DNA of 64,000 nt, from the NCBI GenBank assembly GCA_000320545.1, contig ADNK01001514.1, positions 1 to 64,000 of the forward strand, given 5' to 3'. Below, piece by piece: positions 13,939 to 25,142 of the stretch (position 1 is the stretch's first letter; each line of letters begins with the position of its first letter). The position numbers and the translations under genes are program-made. The notes beneath the pieces were generated by a model that worked only from the letters and a program-made list of their open reading frames with translations, was not told the DNA's origin and did no database searches. The DNA is from Bigelowiella natans CCMP2755. Its lineage: Eukaryota > Protista > Cercozoa.

Positions 13939-15343
13939 CCATCCTCATCGTGCATCATCGTAAACACTGCTGCTAACGGTGGTGTAGGACCTCTGGAAAT
14001 GGCGTCCGATGACGACGATGACGATGATGATGAGAATGCTGATAAGGACGATGATGAGAGAGAGAAAGGCAACTGGAATGGGACAGAGGGAAGAGGAGCA
14101 GACGATGCGCGGGGGACGTATAAGCTAATGAAAAGCTCGAGGGCTTCGATATCATCGCGGCGTTTAGACAGCAAATGCGTTCATGTGATGGGCTACAAGC
14201 TTTCAGGCTTCAAAAACTCCTCTAGTGCGCGGTACTACTCAGAATATTATAATAGAGAACCTACAACTCGGTTTATAACTATGTGACGATTGCACTCTGG
14301 CTGTACCCTCATTCGTTTAAGTTAATTGTGATTGTTCTCACGCTGTTGTTGCGATTGCTTCTCCTTCTCCTTCTTCTTCTTCCTAGGTGGAGATGTCAAC
14401 ATTGGACAGAGATTGTGCCTGGGAGACACATCTTTGGCGTGGTCGAGCGCTTGCCAAAGGAGACCGAAGTCATGCAACTGGGTAATTATTAATAAGAATA
14501 ATAATAATAGCACAACAACAAGAATAAATAGCTGGAATGATGATGATGTGGAGGAGGAGGGATAATAATGATAATTATCCCATTGATGACGATAACATTG
14601 CTGATAAGGAGAGGGCATCTGAGTGGTGAAAAGAGCACCCAAAATCCTTTCTCTTCCCTTTGTCCCCACTACCCTTCAGGAGAATACCTCCGCAATGTCT
14701 ACAATGCTTCGATAAACCCTGATGACCTTGATGAAGAGAAAGAACCCTTCAACAAGAAGAAGAACAGTGGCCATCAAGATTATCATGATCAAAATACTGC
14801 GACCACCTCATCAAAAGGAGGAGAAGGAAGTTCAGGGAAGGGGGTGGGGGAGAGAGAAAGAATGGGCAATCAGACGGGGGACAACCCACAAGCTCATAGC
14901 CAAGACTGCCCCTCGGATATGATCAATTTGCATTCTTCATCAGCAGCAGCAGTTGAGTATTAAAGGCAGCAATATCTGTAATATTGCAGCAGGAGATAAA
15001 TCATCATTGCCTCAGAAGATTGAGGAGCATAAGTATAGGAGGAAACTGCCGCTACTGCACTGCTGCTGCCTGTTTGCCACCGTAGACCTTTAACATTCCC
15101 TGCGCATACGTCGGCTTATTATATAGCGCCCATTTTGAAGGATAATTATTTGGGAAAGTGTACAGCTAACACATCTTTTGACGATTTATGGTGTGAAGCT
15201 GAAGAGTGTATTGTTATCCTCCTCCTTTCACCGACGAACAGCCCACTTTAAAAGCTTGTAGACTAGAAGAGATTAACGAAGAAGAGGAAGAGGAAGAAGA
15301 AGAAAAGGGTTATTCAAACATGCAGAGAATCCTCGACTTGTAG
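13141..15343 (+). CDS. Hypothetical multi-exon protein, possibly membrane-bound
   Basis: GT-AG bounded coding-like segments include a hydrophobic stretch VVAILAAAVFLSVLPSLLSFVSYLL (~13632-13706), acidic tracts, and a terminal exon PTLKACRLEEINEEEE...RILDL* ending at 15343. No family recognised; the start is unresolved. Confidence 0.4.
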
Positions 15344-15714
15344 ATATGACGTATCTGTTGCCTGAGCGACGATTCACATTTATTGTGCTTGAAACAGCAA
15401 TAACAGCACAAAGACAATATATTATTACTCACAAGGACATCTCCACAGTATGTACTAAAGAAAGAGGTTTGCGATGTATCGAAAAGAAATGGGATGGTAT
15501 TTGTCCAAATCTGTAAATATTCCATCAAGTTTTAGATAGCTTAACGAGGGAGATCTATTTGATCAAATCCTACCTCGCCTAGATGCAGTGTAACATTCAA
15601 TTTTAGAAGTATAGATAAAATGATTACAGTTATGATGACGATGATGGTGGTGGTCACAATAAAAATGATGTCTATTAACAGCGTTATTGTATAAACGTGA
15701 ATGTATGTATGTAT

Positions 15715-15960
15715 GTATGCTAGTAACCTAGCTGCTTGGCATGCAAATATTGGTAACCATTGCATACACGGCGTGCGAGCATGCCTAGATGCACATGTAC
15801 ATGAACAGCATGCACCATGCTAGCATGCCTAACAAATGTCTAGATGTGGTGACAATAGTGATGACAACAGCAGCAAATGCGCAGACAAATATTTGGCATC
15901 GCTGGATCGTATAAGCGACGATGTATTGCCCCAAGCTAGCATGCTAGCAAGGGCAAAAGC
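15715..15960. other. CTAG/TGCA/CATG-rich tract in convergent spacer (hypothetical + / lipase -)
   Basis: Words such as gcatgcctagatgcacatgtacatg and gctagcatgctagc lie between the stops at 15343 and 16141. Confidence 0.65.
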
Positions 15961-16140
15961 AAGAAAGACAAAGCTGTACAGTTTTAGCAGCGTTCTTGCA
16001 TGGGCATAATCAAAGATGCCGCTGATTGCATGTGTATACGTCTAGGCGTACGTTGTGTGATATTCCCATTGATAATGAGATGTCCCAGAAGTTTATGGAA
16101 AATGCCATGCACTGCGTACTCTTTGATATCTTTGCGATCG

Positions 16141-17106
16141 TTACAATACGTGCTTAGAAATAATCTCGAAGTCCACAGGACTATCCTCGTATGCAAGTGC
16201 ATCTTCGGAATGCTTTCTCTCCAACAATCCAAAACCAGGTCCGTCTTTTGGAAGCGATTTCGCTGGAATTGAATTCTTACGACGTTGAGCGATACCATAC
16301 TCTACAACATTTGATGGCGCACTGAGGATTTCTGATTCATCCTCGAGGCTTTCCCCGAGTATGGTTTGCTGGTGGAGCTGATTTGAGGAGTTGGAGTCCT
16401 TTCTACAGGCCATAGTAACGCCGTATTCGATCTTGACATCTCGGTCGACGACGATATCCCCCTTCTCCTCAAAACTGTCATTGTGGCTGCTGGACGATAG
16501 TTTCAGAGGAGGCTTTGCAATGAGGCCAACGTACTCTGCCTCTGCAATTGCGAGTTCGTACCGCAAAGGCAGATGGGAGAGAAACATCGACCAGGAAAGC
16601 ACGATTTCGTCGAAATCCTGCGGTGAAAAGTGTGAGCATCCGAGGCTATACATGACAGGCAGCAGGATGAAATTTGAGCATGTCTTATGTGTACATGTGC
16701 GTGTGAGTGCGTGTGCGCGCGCGCGCGTGTGTGTGTGTGTGTGTGTGCGTGCGTGTGCACTTAAAACGTCTGTCGATAACCCGCACTCAACACTATGCAT
16801 ATAGGATGCACGATATTTTTAAAGAAAATCGCAATAGACTAACTATAGTGCACGCACCTCTATGGGTACAGATCTGAGTCTTCGTGAGTTTTGAAGATAG
16901 TGAGATCTCCTCTTTTTGGATGGTGTAGTGGTAGTCTCAGTCGTGTTCTTCTTGCTGTCAGAGCTGGAGGAGGGGGGGTTCTTTACGGAGGGGCTGCTGG
17001 CATCGTCATTAGTTTTATTACTATCGCTCTGGCTATCAACCTTCTCAGGCACCCAGAGTATCCTCCCTGTCATCGCCGGTAAATTCATTTTCACTTAGGT
17101 AAATAG

Positions 17107-17148
<42 letters not shown>

Positions 17149-17754
17149 GGATGATTGCTTATTATTAGGCTCTGCTTCTAATATGCTCTCCTACTACTCC
17201 AAATCGTCCGTCCTCTGTCCTCCTCCCCTCTCACTCTACCCCTTTCTCTCTCTCTCTCTCTCCTCCCTCCCCCCCCCATTCCCTCTTCTCCTCAAAGTAA
17301 CTTGCCTGGAGGGAATAGCCTTGTGTAACTGGGCTCCGAATATCGTGTTCGTCGATCCGGTGTGTTGCCCGTTGAAGAAGAAGACGAAGAGTAATGAAAA
17401 TCATTATGGGGGGAGGGGAAGGAGGAGGAAGGCGTTGATGAGAAAGAAGATGGAGGAGAAAGCGGAGAGGAGGCAGGAGTAGGAGAGGAGGAAGATGGCT
17501 TTGGACACTGTCGGGGTGTAGACGGTAGAGCTTGGCGCCGTCTTGAGGAGGATGATGAATTGTTGTAGTGGTAGGCCGAAGATCCGCCTGCTGCATACCT
17601 CCAAAGATGATGATAATAACCATTACTCAGGACACGACGTTTGTTCTTTGTCGTAGCATTCGGGTGTGGTGGGAGGCGTGGGAGGAATGAAACGTCCGTG
17701 CACACGTTTTTACTACTGCTACTACTAGCACCTGCATTTTGATTGGTGCAGGAT

Positions 17755-17785
<31 letters not shown>

Positions 17786-18729
17786 CTGTCGCCATAGTTT
17801 CTGTTGAGTAGTTAGTGGTGGTAGTACTTGTAGTAGTTGTAGCAGTAGTGGTGGTGGTAATACTGGCTGCTTGCGTTATCGGAGTATTGTGCTGCTGCTG
17901 CTGCTGCTGCTGATGGGATCGAAGAAGCACAACAGGTTTATTATTATCATTATCATTAACACCAATCTCCTTTCCTCGCTCCTCTCTTTTCCCGTCCTTA
18001 CTCTTTCTACATTCATTGCTCATCTTAACATCTCCTGGAGGGGGCATCACACTACTACTGTTACTACTACACGTCCTAACGACGTCATTGGAACCCAGCA
18101 GCTTCTTCTCTATTCGTGAACTGTTTAGATGATTTGTCTCCCCCTCTATTCCTTCCTCTTGAGTTTGCCCATCCACAATTGGGATACGAGGAGGAGCGGG
18201 GCTGGTGCTTGGACAGGATGACAGTGACGAAACGCGAGAAAGACGGTGATGCTTCTGTACGTCATTAAGCGTTGTCGGTGGGGGGGGGTAATAATTGCTC
18301 GCGGTAAGTGGATCGCTACTATTCTTGCTCGCGGTGAGTGGATCGTCACTATTCTTGCTCGTTCCATGATATATATCTGTTGAGGGAGGACGTTTCGATA
18401 CCAACGACGAAGATGACGATGTGGGGACGGGAGGTGGTCGTGCTGTAGGTGCAGGGGGGGATGAGTTGCCAGAGCGTGTCCTGGTGCTGCTGCTCCTGGT
18501 GGTATTGAGGTCACGTAAGGTAATATCCTGCTTCTTCGTAGTAGCGTCCTTATCAAATGTGGAGACCACCTGAGGAATGGTCAATGTACTTTGTAAAATA
18601 ATCAATCAGATACTACTACTACTACTACTACTACTACTACGTTTTTCGGGCTATCACCCCTTCTCCTCCCCCTCCCCCCCTCTCTCTTCTATTTCTCTCT
18701 CTTTGGGCATAGGACATAATGCATTGGAG

Positions 18730-18761
<32 letters not shown>

Positions 18762-19644
18762 TACTTTCTTGCGAAGAGCATGCATCGAGGCTAGAGATAG
18801 GCGAGGGATGACGTCATCACCCACAACCACTGTCGTTACCTTTTGAACAATAGCATTCATGTCATCCATTCGCAAACCAATGCGGCAATATGTAATGTAA
18901 CGACGATGATGAGAGTGGTGACAACAACACGGCTAGATGAATAAATGCTACCACTGACTCTATGACTTCTAAATCTGTTGCAACATCTGCTCGCGTCTTT
19001 GCTCACTAACTGTACCCTGAGATTTTCTTCTATTACTACTACTACTACTACTACTACTACATCCATTGCTGGTCGGTCTTACTATGGGCGCGAGTTCTTT
19101 GCACAGGGCGTGACAGCAGACACACGGTGTTCCAAATGCGAAGCATGTGGTGTCAGCCATCTCTCCTCTCTACAAACAAAGTGGTGCGACGACGATGGCG
19201 GTGGCAAAATGAGGCAGAGCACAGGTAAGTGGCGATGGACACACCTCCCCCCCACCCCCCCCCAACTTATACCATCATTATTTTGGTGGAACATGTGATC
19301 TGGGTGAACCTCTTCTTCTTCTGTTGCACCTACTACCTGTTCGGAGCACCAGATTGCAGTGAGAAGCGTTCCAACGCCAGCTCCTAAGCTGTGGCCTACC
19401 ACTACTGTTTTGAACCCAGGATTGTCTTCTCTGAGCGATAGCACCAGCTGCAACCACCACACGCAAATCAATAAATATCATCAAGGACATCCAAACGTGT
19501 TATTTGCAATAACACACACACACACACACACCACGCACAGAGAGAGAGAGGAGGAAGGGAGGGAGGGAGGGAGGAAGGGAGGGAGAGGAGAAGGAAAGGA
19601 ATGGAAAAATGAGCGAGAGTAAGTGAAGAGGTGACATTAGGCTT

Positions 19645-19692
<48 letters not shown>

Positions 19693-19994
19693 GGTGCGAT
19701 TTTATCAACACCATCCCTCTTCCTCTACATCATCATCGTCATCATCATAATCCAACCGCATATTATACCGGGCGAATTTCAATGTCAAGCTCACGAGCAC
19801 TCCGAAGTATACCTCTAAAGGAACAACCCAGGCCAATGAATCAGTAAACGCCGATGAAAGTAAAAATGAGGACGATCAACATTGCTCATATTATTATTTT
19901 AATGCTGAATAACTTACTTGCTGCTACACCATGCCATCATCTTCATGTTGACCGTTATCATTATTATTATCATCACTACCATCATACAAATTGT

Positions 19995-20025
<31 letters not shown>

Positions 20026-20270
20026 GCTACTAACAGTGTAGAAGTCTGTAACAATACCGATGGACTTGGTAGTGTTGGCCACGGAAGATGAACTGGTCGG
20101 GTTTGCAGTTAAGGTCGGTGAGGACGTCGGAGATGCTCATCGATCCACGCAGGACGACGACTATTGCGCCCATTGCCTGATCAACTGCAACGTAGTGCAC
20201 AGGGCGATGAAGGCCTCCTTTCGCATCGACGTGGATCTTACAAGAGGAGGTGGGGGAGGGGAAAGCAGCA

Positions 20271-20304
<34 letters not shown>

Positions 20305-20420
20305 CAGTGATATTAATGAAGTATAAAGTGGTAGTAAAAATATATGAGCGTTCTCTGGAATATGAGGAGTTGTGCATGTTCGCAGATTTTTGTTGCTGTG
20401 CATTAGCTTGCTCTCAGTTG

Positions 20421-20465
<45 letters not shown>

Positions 20466-20485
20466 GTCTCTCTCCCTCTCTCTTT

Positions 20486-20547
<62 letters not shown>

Positions 20548-22073
20548 ATTTACCACATCAGTTTCTTGCAGCCCGGTGTATTGTGATACAAAGTTCTGAA
20601 ACCTGTTGGTATGACGCCATCATTATTATTAGTACTATTACTACTGTTACTGGGATGATGAAGCCTGCGACGTTAGGTGAACAAGGTTACGTAGTACTTA
20701 TGTCCCTCTTTATCAGCTATCATTCTTGACATACTTCGTGCCTACGTCCAAGGATATATTTGGCGAATGAGAATGTGGTTGACTATTGATGGATGGACTG
20801 ATGTAGCAGTAGTAGTTGTTGCGAAATGTCCCGTATTCATATTTTTGCCTTTCACATATGATTAATCAACCATGAAGCCGACGGCGAGCTTGCCATAGCT
20901 TGCTGAGCAGTATCTCACGTAGTGCCTGCGAGTAAGCAAGGAGGAAGAGCTATCATTTATGATGAAACACAGCTTCCACACATAAAGTGGGTTCCGCCAT
21001 CCATCACCGTCATCATCGTCATTTTGTGCATGATATTTAAATACCGCAGCAACTGAAGTTGTTCGAGAGTTACTGGATCTTCCATATTCTCGAGAAGCGC
21101 CTGCTTAGGCTGTCGACTCATCGAATACTGTTAAGATGGGGAAAACGAGTAACAAACGGCAACACAGCAGCAGCAGCAGCAGCAGCAGTCGTCAAACTGA
21201 AAGTACATCGTTCTTGTGAAAACATATTTTTCGCCTTTCATCTTTCTTCAATAATTCTAATCAAGCAATTCAGGTCTCGAAGGTATAAATGAGCATTGAG
21301 ATCGCAAGAACAGTTAGCGATGTGAAACCCGTAGAAGCCAATAGATGAAGTGAGTTCTGGAGACATGGGGAGGGAGATACTCCCAAAATTCGGATAAAAT
21401 AGACGAGAACCTTTCACGAACGTATATATAAATAGTAAATATTGGCTCAGATATAGGAGTAGCTATAATTTTAACCCGTCGATAACGGAACTTCTTTCTT
21501 CCGGAGAAGCTTTGCCATCTTTTCCCATCAAATGGATCAGGACCTCGCGAATGGCGCTTGCGGTGTCAGAGGTTCGCCTCGCTGCCTGCAATAGGTATGA
21601 TTAAAATCTCAGATTCTGATGCTGCTCATGCGTTGTTCTGCTTTACATCCATCACTGCCTCTGTGGCTGATTTTGCGAGCTGGTACCCCTTAGATGCCAA
21701 CTGATGAAGGTGATATGATGACGACAGGGGTGAAAGATAGTACTGCTACAAATTATAACCTTCAAACATACCTTGTAGCTTGAAGAGAGAAAACTTGATG
21801 CTCTGTGGAGAAGCGGACTGTTTGACCTGCGGGAAATAAACATTGCTTCTTCCTTTCTGTGTGAATGAAGGGGGAACTGTTTCATTTTTACGTTGTCGTT
21901 ACGGAAGCTTGCTCCATCTCTTCAACAGAATTGCCGCTACTTTCAATCAATGTTGTTGCCATTGTAGTAGAGGCTACGAAGTTTGTCTCTTCCAATTCTT
22001 CTTCCGGTCGCTCTACCCCCGTTTTCCCTTCCTCCACGCAGTGCACGGCCCTCCCTCTCTTCGCTTCGGCCAT
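16141..22073 (-). CDS. Class 3 lipase, diacylglycerol-lipase (DAGL)-like, multi-exon
   Basis: Motifs: HYVAVDQAMGAIVVVLRGSMSISDVLTDL...VH-RGILRSA, nucleophile elbow VVVGHSLGAGVGTLL (~19370-19410), CFAFGTP and VVVGDDVIPRL. There is a long low-complexity insertion (~17560-18570). Putative start MAEAKRG at 22073, stop at 16141. Confidence 0.85.
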
Positions 22074-22469
22074 CCTGTCAACGTTTATTTCACCATCCCC
22101 CTGGTGCGAAATGTGTTAAGACAGTTAGGCTGTCGGGGCGCACCAGTGCCTTCGAAGTGGAGAAGAGGGGGGGTCGAATAGCTGTTCGCTCTCTGTTTTA
22201 TTTGTTCGATCGTCCAAAAAAAAAGAGAACGATGAGGAATACCGATGAAACCAGGGGGATTTTTACTCAAAATAGTCTAAATATGTTGTCGCAGGATAAA
22301 TTCTCCATCCCTTTCGGATCTAAATCTCACTCCAGAGCACTTCGCGCCAACGAAGGAAGGCAACTTTGGGGAACCTAGATCTACTCGTAAACTCTCGACG
22401 CTGCCCCGCTCCTCCTCCATGCGCTGGACAATCAAAAATACATAATAGAGTTGAATAAGACTTGTCGCA

Positions 22470-23411
22470 ATGGGTACTGACACATCAAGATACTATGGCT
22501 TCTTCTTCCCAGCGGGTGAGAACGAGATGATGAAATCAATCCTGTTCGAGAAGGAAGTTTTGACCATCCTCTTCGAGCAGCAACGTACAGAGTATTTGAA
22601 ACAGCGTTTGAAGACCATTCTTTGGCGTATACGTAATTTCCGCCATGAGACGCGAGTGTCAGCTGAGATGAGTAAAGACGGGTTATTGATGAAAGTTTCA
22701 GAAGGCAGGGGGCGTCAAGTGAAATTAATAGGATGGGAAGCGCACTATCTAAAGTATCTAAATTCCGATTTTAGAGAAAAGACCATAAACTATTACAATT
22801 TCTTCGTAGAGATGGCGATAGGCACATCGATGGCCGCACTTTTATTTAAGATGGAGGCGGAAAAGAAACGACTTGACAAGGAAAAGTACACGCGATACAA
22901 AATACATTCTAGAGACTCTTTGAAAGATTTCAAAGAATCCGTACCATGGACGAAGGAACACAGTGAGACATGGAGAGCACCACTTATTGATAGAATCCTG
23001 AAGACAGCCTGTGATATTGCAAATGGCTGGAGGATAGATGCAATCTTTCAACCGAATATTTCCGATAACATCCCCGACAGATTTTCAGCGGAGGTGTATG
23101 CATCATGCGCAATCGCAAAACGACTTGTTAGAGGTGAAGGTCACAAAATGAGTGAGTACTTAACTGGAAAGGAATTAGACTCTGTGGAAAAAAACATTAA
23201 AAAGTTAGAAGAGAAAAACATTACACAGAGGCTTCTTCAAAATCTTGAAGCAAGTGAAATAGAGGGATATTCTCATGGGAAATCTGATATACCATCACGG
23301 GATGAAGAAGAAGTGGACTCAAAGAAAAAAAAAACCGAAAAGATACAAGGTAGGATGAAGTCAAGGCGAAAGAAAAAGGGTAAAAAAAAGAGGAGAAATA
23401 GGAAGCATTGA
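22470..23411 (+). CDS. Hypothetical protein with Lys/Arg-rich C-terminus (possible NLS); probably has short upstream exon(s)
   Basis: 313-codon ORF of normal composition. A 39-nt GT..AG element near its start suggests the true 5' end is spliced from upstream. Confidence 0.6.
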   Translation: MGTDTSRYYGFFFPAGENEMMKSILFEKEVLTILFEQQRTEYLKQRLKTILWRIRNFRHETRVSAEMSKDGLLMKVSEGRGRQVKLIGWEAHYLKYLNSDFREKTINYYNFFVEMAIGTSMAALLFKMEAEKKRLDKEKYTRYKIHSRDSLKDFKESVPWTKEHSETWRAPLIDRILKTACDIANGWRIDAIFQPNISDNIPDRFSAEVYASCAIAKRLVRGEGHKMSEYLTGKELDSVEKNIKKLEEKNITQRLLQNLEASEIEGYSHGKSDIPSRDEEEVDSKKKKTEKIQGRMKSRRKKKGKKKRRNRKH

Positions 23412-23544
23412 GCAATCAGTAGACAGGCACAGCTGGGGAGGGAATTTGTGTTTAAAACTCATCCATTGAAAAACTCCAGCTCGCACGTTGTAATGTAGGC
23501 AAGGATTATAAGGTTTTTCATCTAAACCCAATGGTAACAATCAA

Positions 23545-24314
23545 CTTGTAGCATGTTCTAGCGCTGCCCAACTGTCCAACGACGATGCAGATAACGAAGC
23601 AAGCGCGTGCGATCTAGCGATGTCGATCAAACATCGGAAATTTAGGATCGAATGACACCGATTTGGCACTTCACTGCTAGACTGCTTCAAATGGTTTGCT
23701 CAGTCAATCAGCGCATGAAAGAGCAAACTCAAATTCACATGCAAGATCGTTTCAGATCACCCATCCATTCAAACAAAGCACGTTTAGCTGTTGGGTTGCT
23801 CGTAGCGTTGCGAACTTGCAGCGTCGGGTTCATGTTCTCACATTGCTGGGTGTGTGCACAGCAGGCTAGCAGGCAGTCTAGCTGCTAGGCAGTGCTGATT
23901 TGTCAAGCTCCATCACATCAGCACGGGCTAGCGGGAGCTCCAACTGGTCCAAACTGGGATTGACTGCCACACATGCCACAGTCTAGCTCCACACAGCAGT
24001 GCTGCAGGCTAGCAGGTGGACATTCTAGCATTGAACGAGTGTGCGATGCACACGAACACACTTCTTCGCTGCCTTTTTGTTTTGTTTCAACAAGAAAAAT
24101 CCGCACGTGCTAGCGTGAATCAGAGCCTGCAACAGTGTTGGTGCACGTGGTGCGTAGCTGCACATTTCGACGTGCGTGCACGTGTGTGTGCGTTTTTTGG
24201 CGTGCGTGTGTGTTGTGATGATGGACATGCCAGCATGCTGGCATGGTGATGTGATGTGTGTCGTGTTGTGACCTCTGAGTGCGGAACTGCATCGTGGTCA
24301 ACTTTGTGGACAAT
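23545..24314. other. CTAG-rich, TpA-depleted tract in convergent spacer (hypothetical + / kelch relic -)
   Basis: Hand count over 23545-24156: about 17 TpA, 16 of them followed by G and 11 in CTAG. Confidence 0.8.
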
Positions 24315-24439
24315 TCAGGCGCATGCCAAGCGTGCCGCGACCCAATGATTCATTGAAGAACCCGTGGAGCTCGTTTTCTTGTTTTTTTTGGACGATGTTG
24401 CAGCTGTGCGTCTTGTTGTTGTCGACAACATTGTTGCCT

Positions 24440-24700
24440 GTTGCCAGTTTTCTTTTCTCAACAACTTGCCATCCCCAACAGTCACACCGAAGTTTGGCTT
24501 CGAAGTCCCCGCATCAGTGTCAGGCAGTTCCTTCCACCCCGCTGACACACGCTTTTGGTGATGCTCACCAGATTTGTGATCACTGCCATCCTTCCCGCCA
24601 ACCGCAAGCAGCTTGCCATCCCCAACAGCCACACCCAAGCCCAACCCAGATTGACCACGGAAGATTTCAAAAGGCTGAAGCAGTTCTTTGGTTTGTTGAT
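24440..24700 (-). pseudogene. Decayed kelch-repeat gene fragment
   Basis: Translation GLGVAVGDGKLLAVGGKDGSDHKSGEHH...GWKELPD...NFGVTVGDGKLL resembles the kelch consensus GVAVLDGKLYAVGG.DG...SVE.YDP...W. An internal nucleotide repeat cttgccatccccaacag occurs at ~24465 and ~24612. Only about 1.5 blades remain. Confidence 0.65.
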
Positions 24701-24734
24701 CATTCGGTTGTTCTCTTTCGCCTCGTCCAAGACG

Positions 24735-24846
24735 GAACAATGAACAATGAAGTTGACGGAGAAACGAACAATGAACAATGAACAATGAACGAGCACATGC
24801 ATTTGCAGGCCTTCAAGATTTCTCGAACAACGAACAATGAACAATG
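24735..24846. repeat. Degenerate 7-bp tandem repeat (T/C)GAACAA
   Basis: Clusters such as gaacaatgaacaatgaa, cgaacaatgaacaatgaacaatgaac and cgaacaacgaacaatgaacaat. Confidence 0.8.
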
Positions 24847-25142
24847 ATGAAAAGCTACATCTCCAAAGTGTGAACAGACAGGACACTTGCAATGTGCGAA
24901 ATGCAGTGCCTCGAACTGACTTCAGTGAGGACTCTCGAGGTTTCTCCCACATTGAATCACTAGAAGACTTAAGGAAAGATTTAAAAAAGAAAAAGTGGTT
25001 TGGTGTTGTCGCATTCCAAGAATGCCCTGTGTTCACACACGGATGGGCAAACCAACACACGGACATTACCTCTCAAAGCACCCAGCTGCAACTCGCACCT
25101 ACCCCACCACCTCCTCCGCTGTTCTTTCACTGGAGACACATC

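Noticed and set aside
24323-25066. Several overlapping 150-190 aa ORFs on both strands
   Set aside because: They are open because TAA/TAG are absent in the TpA-free tract. Only the kelch-like frame has recognisable content.
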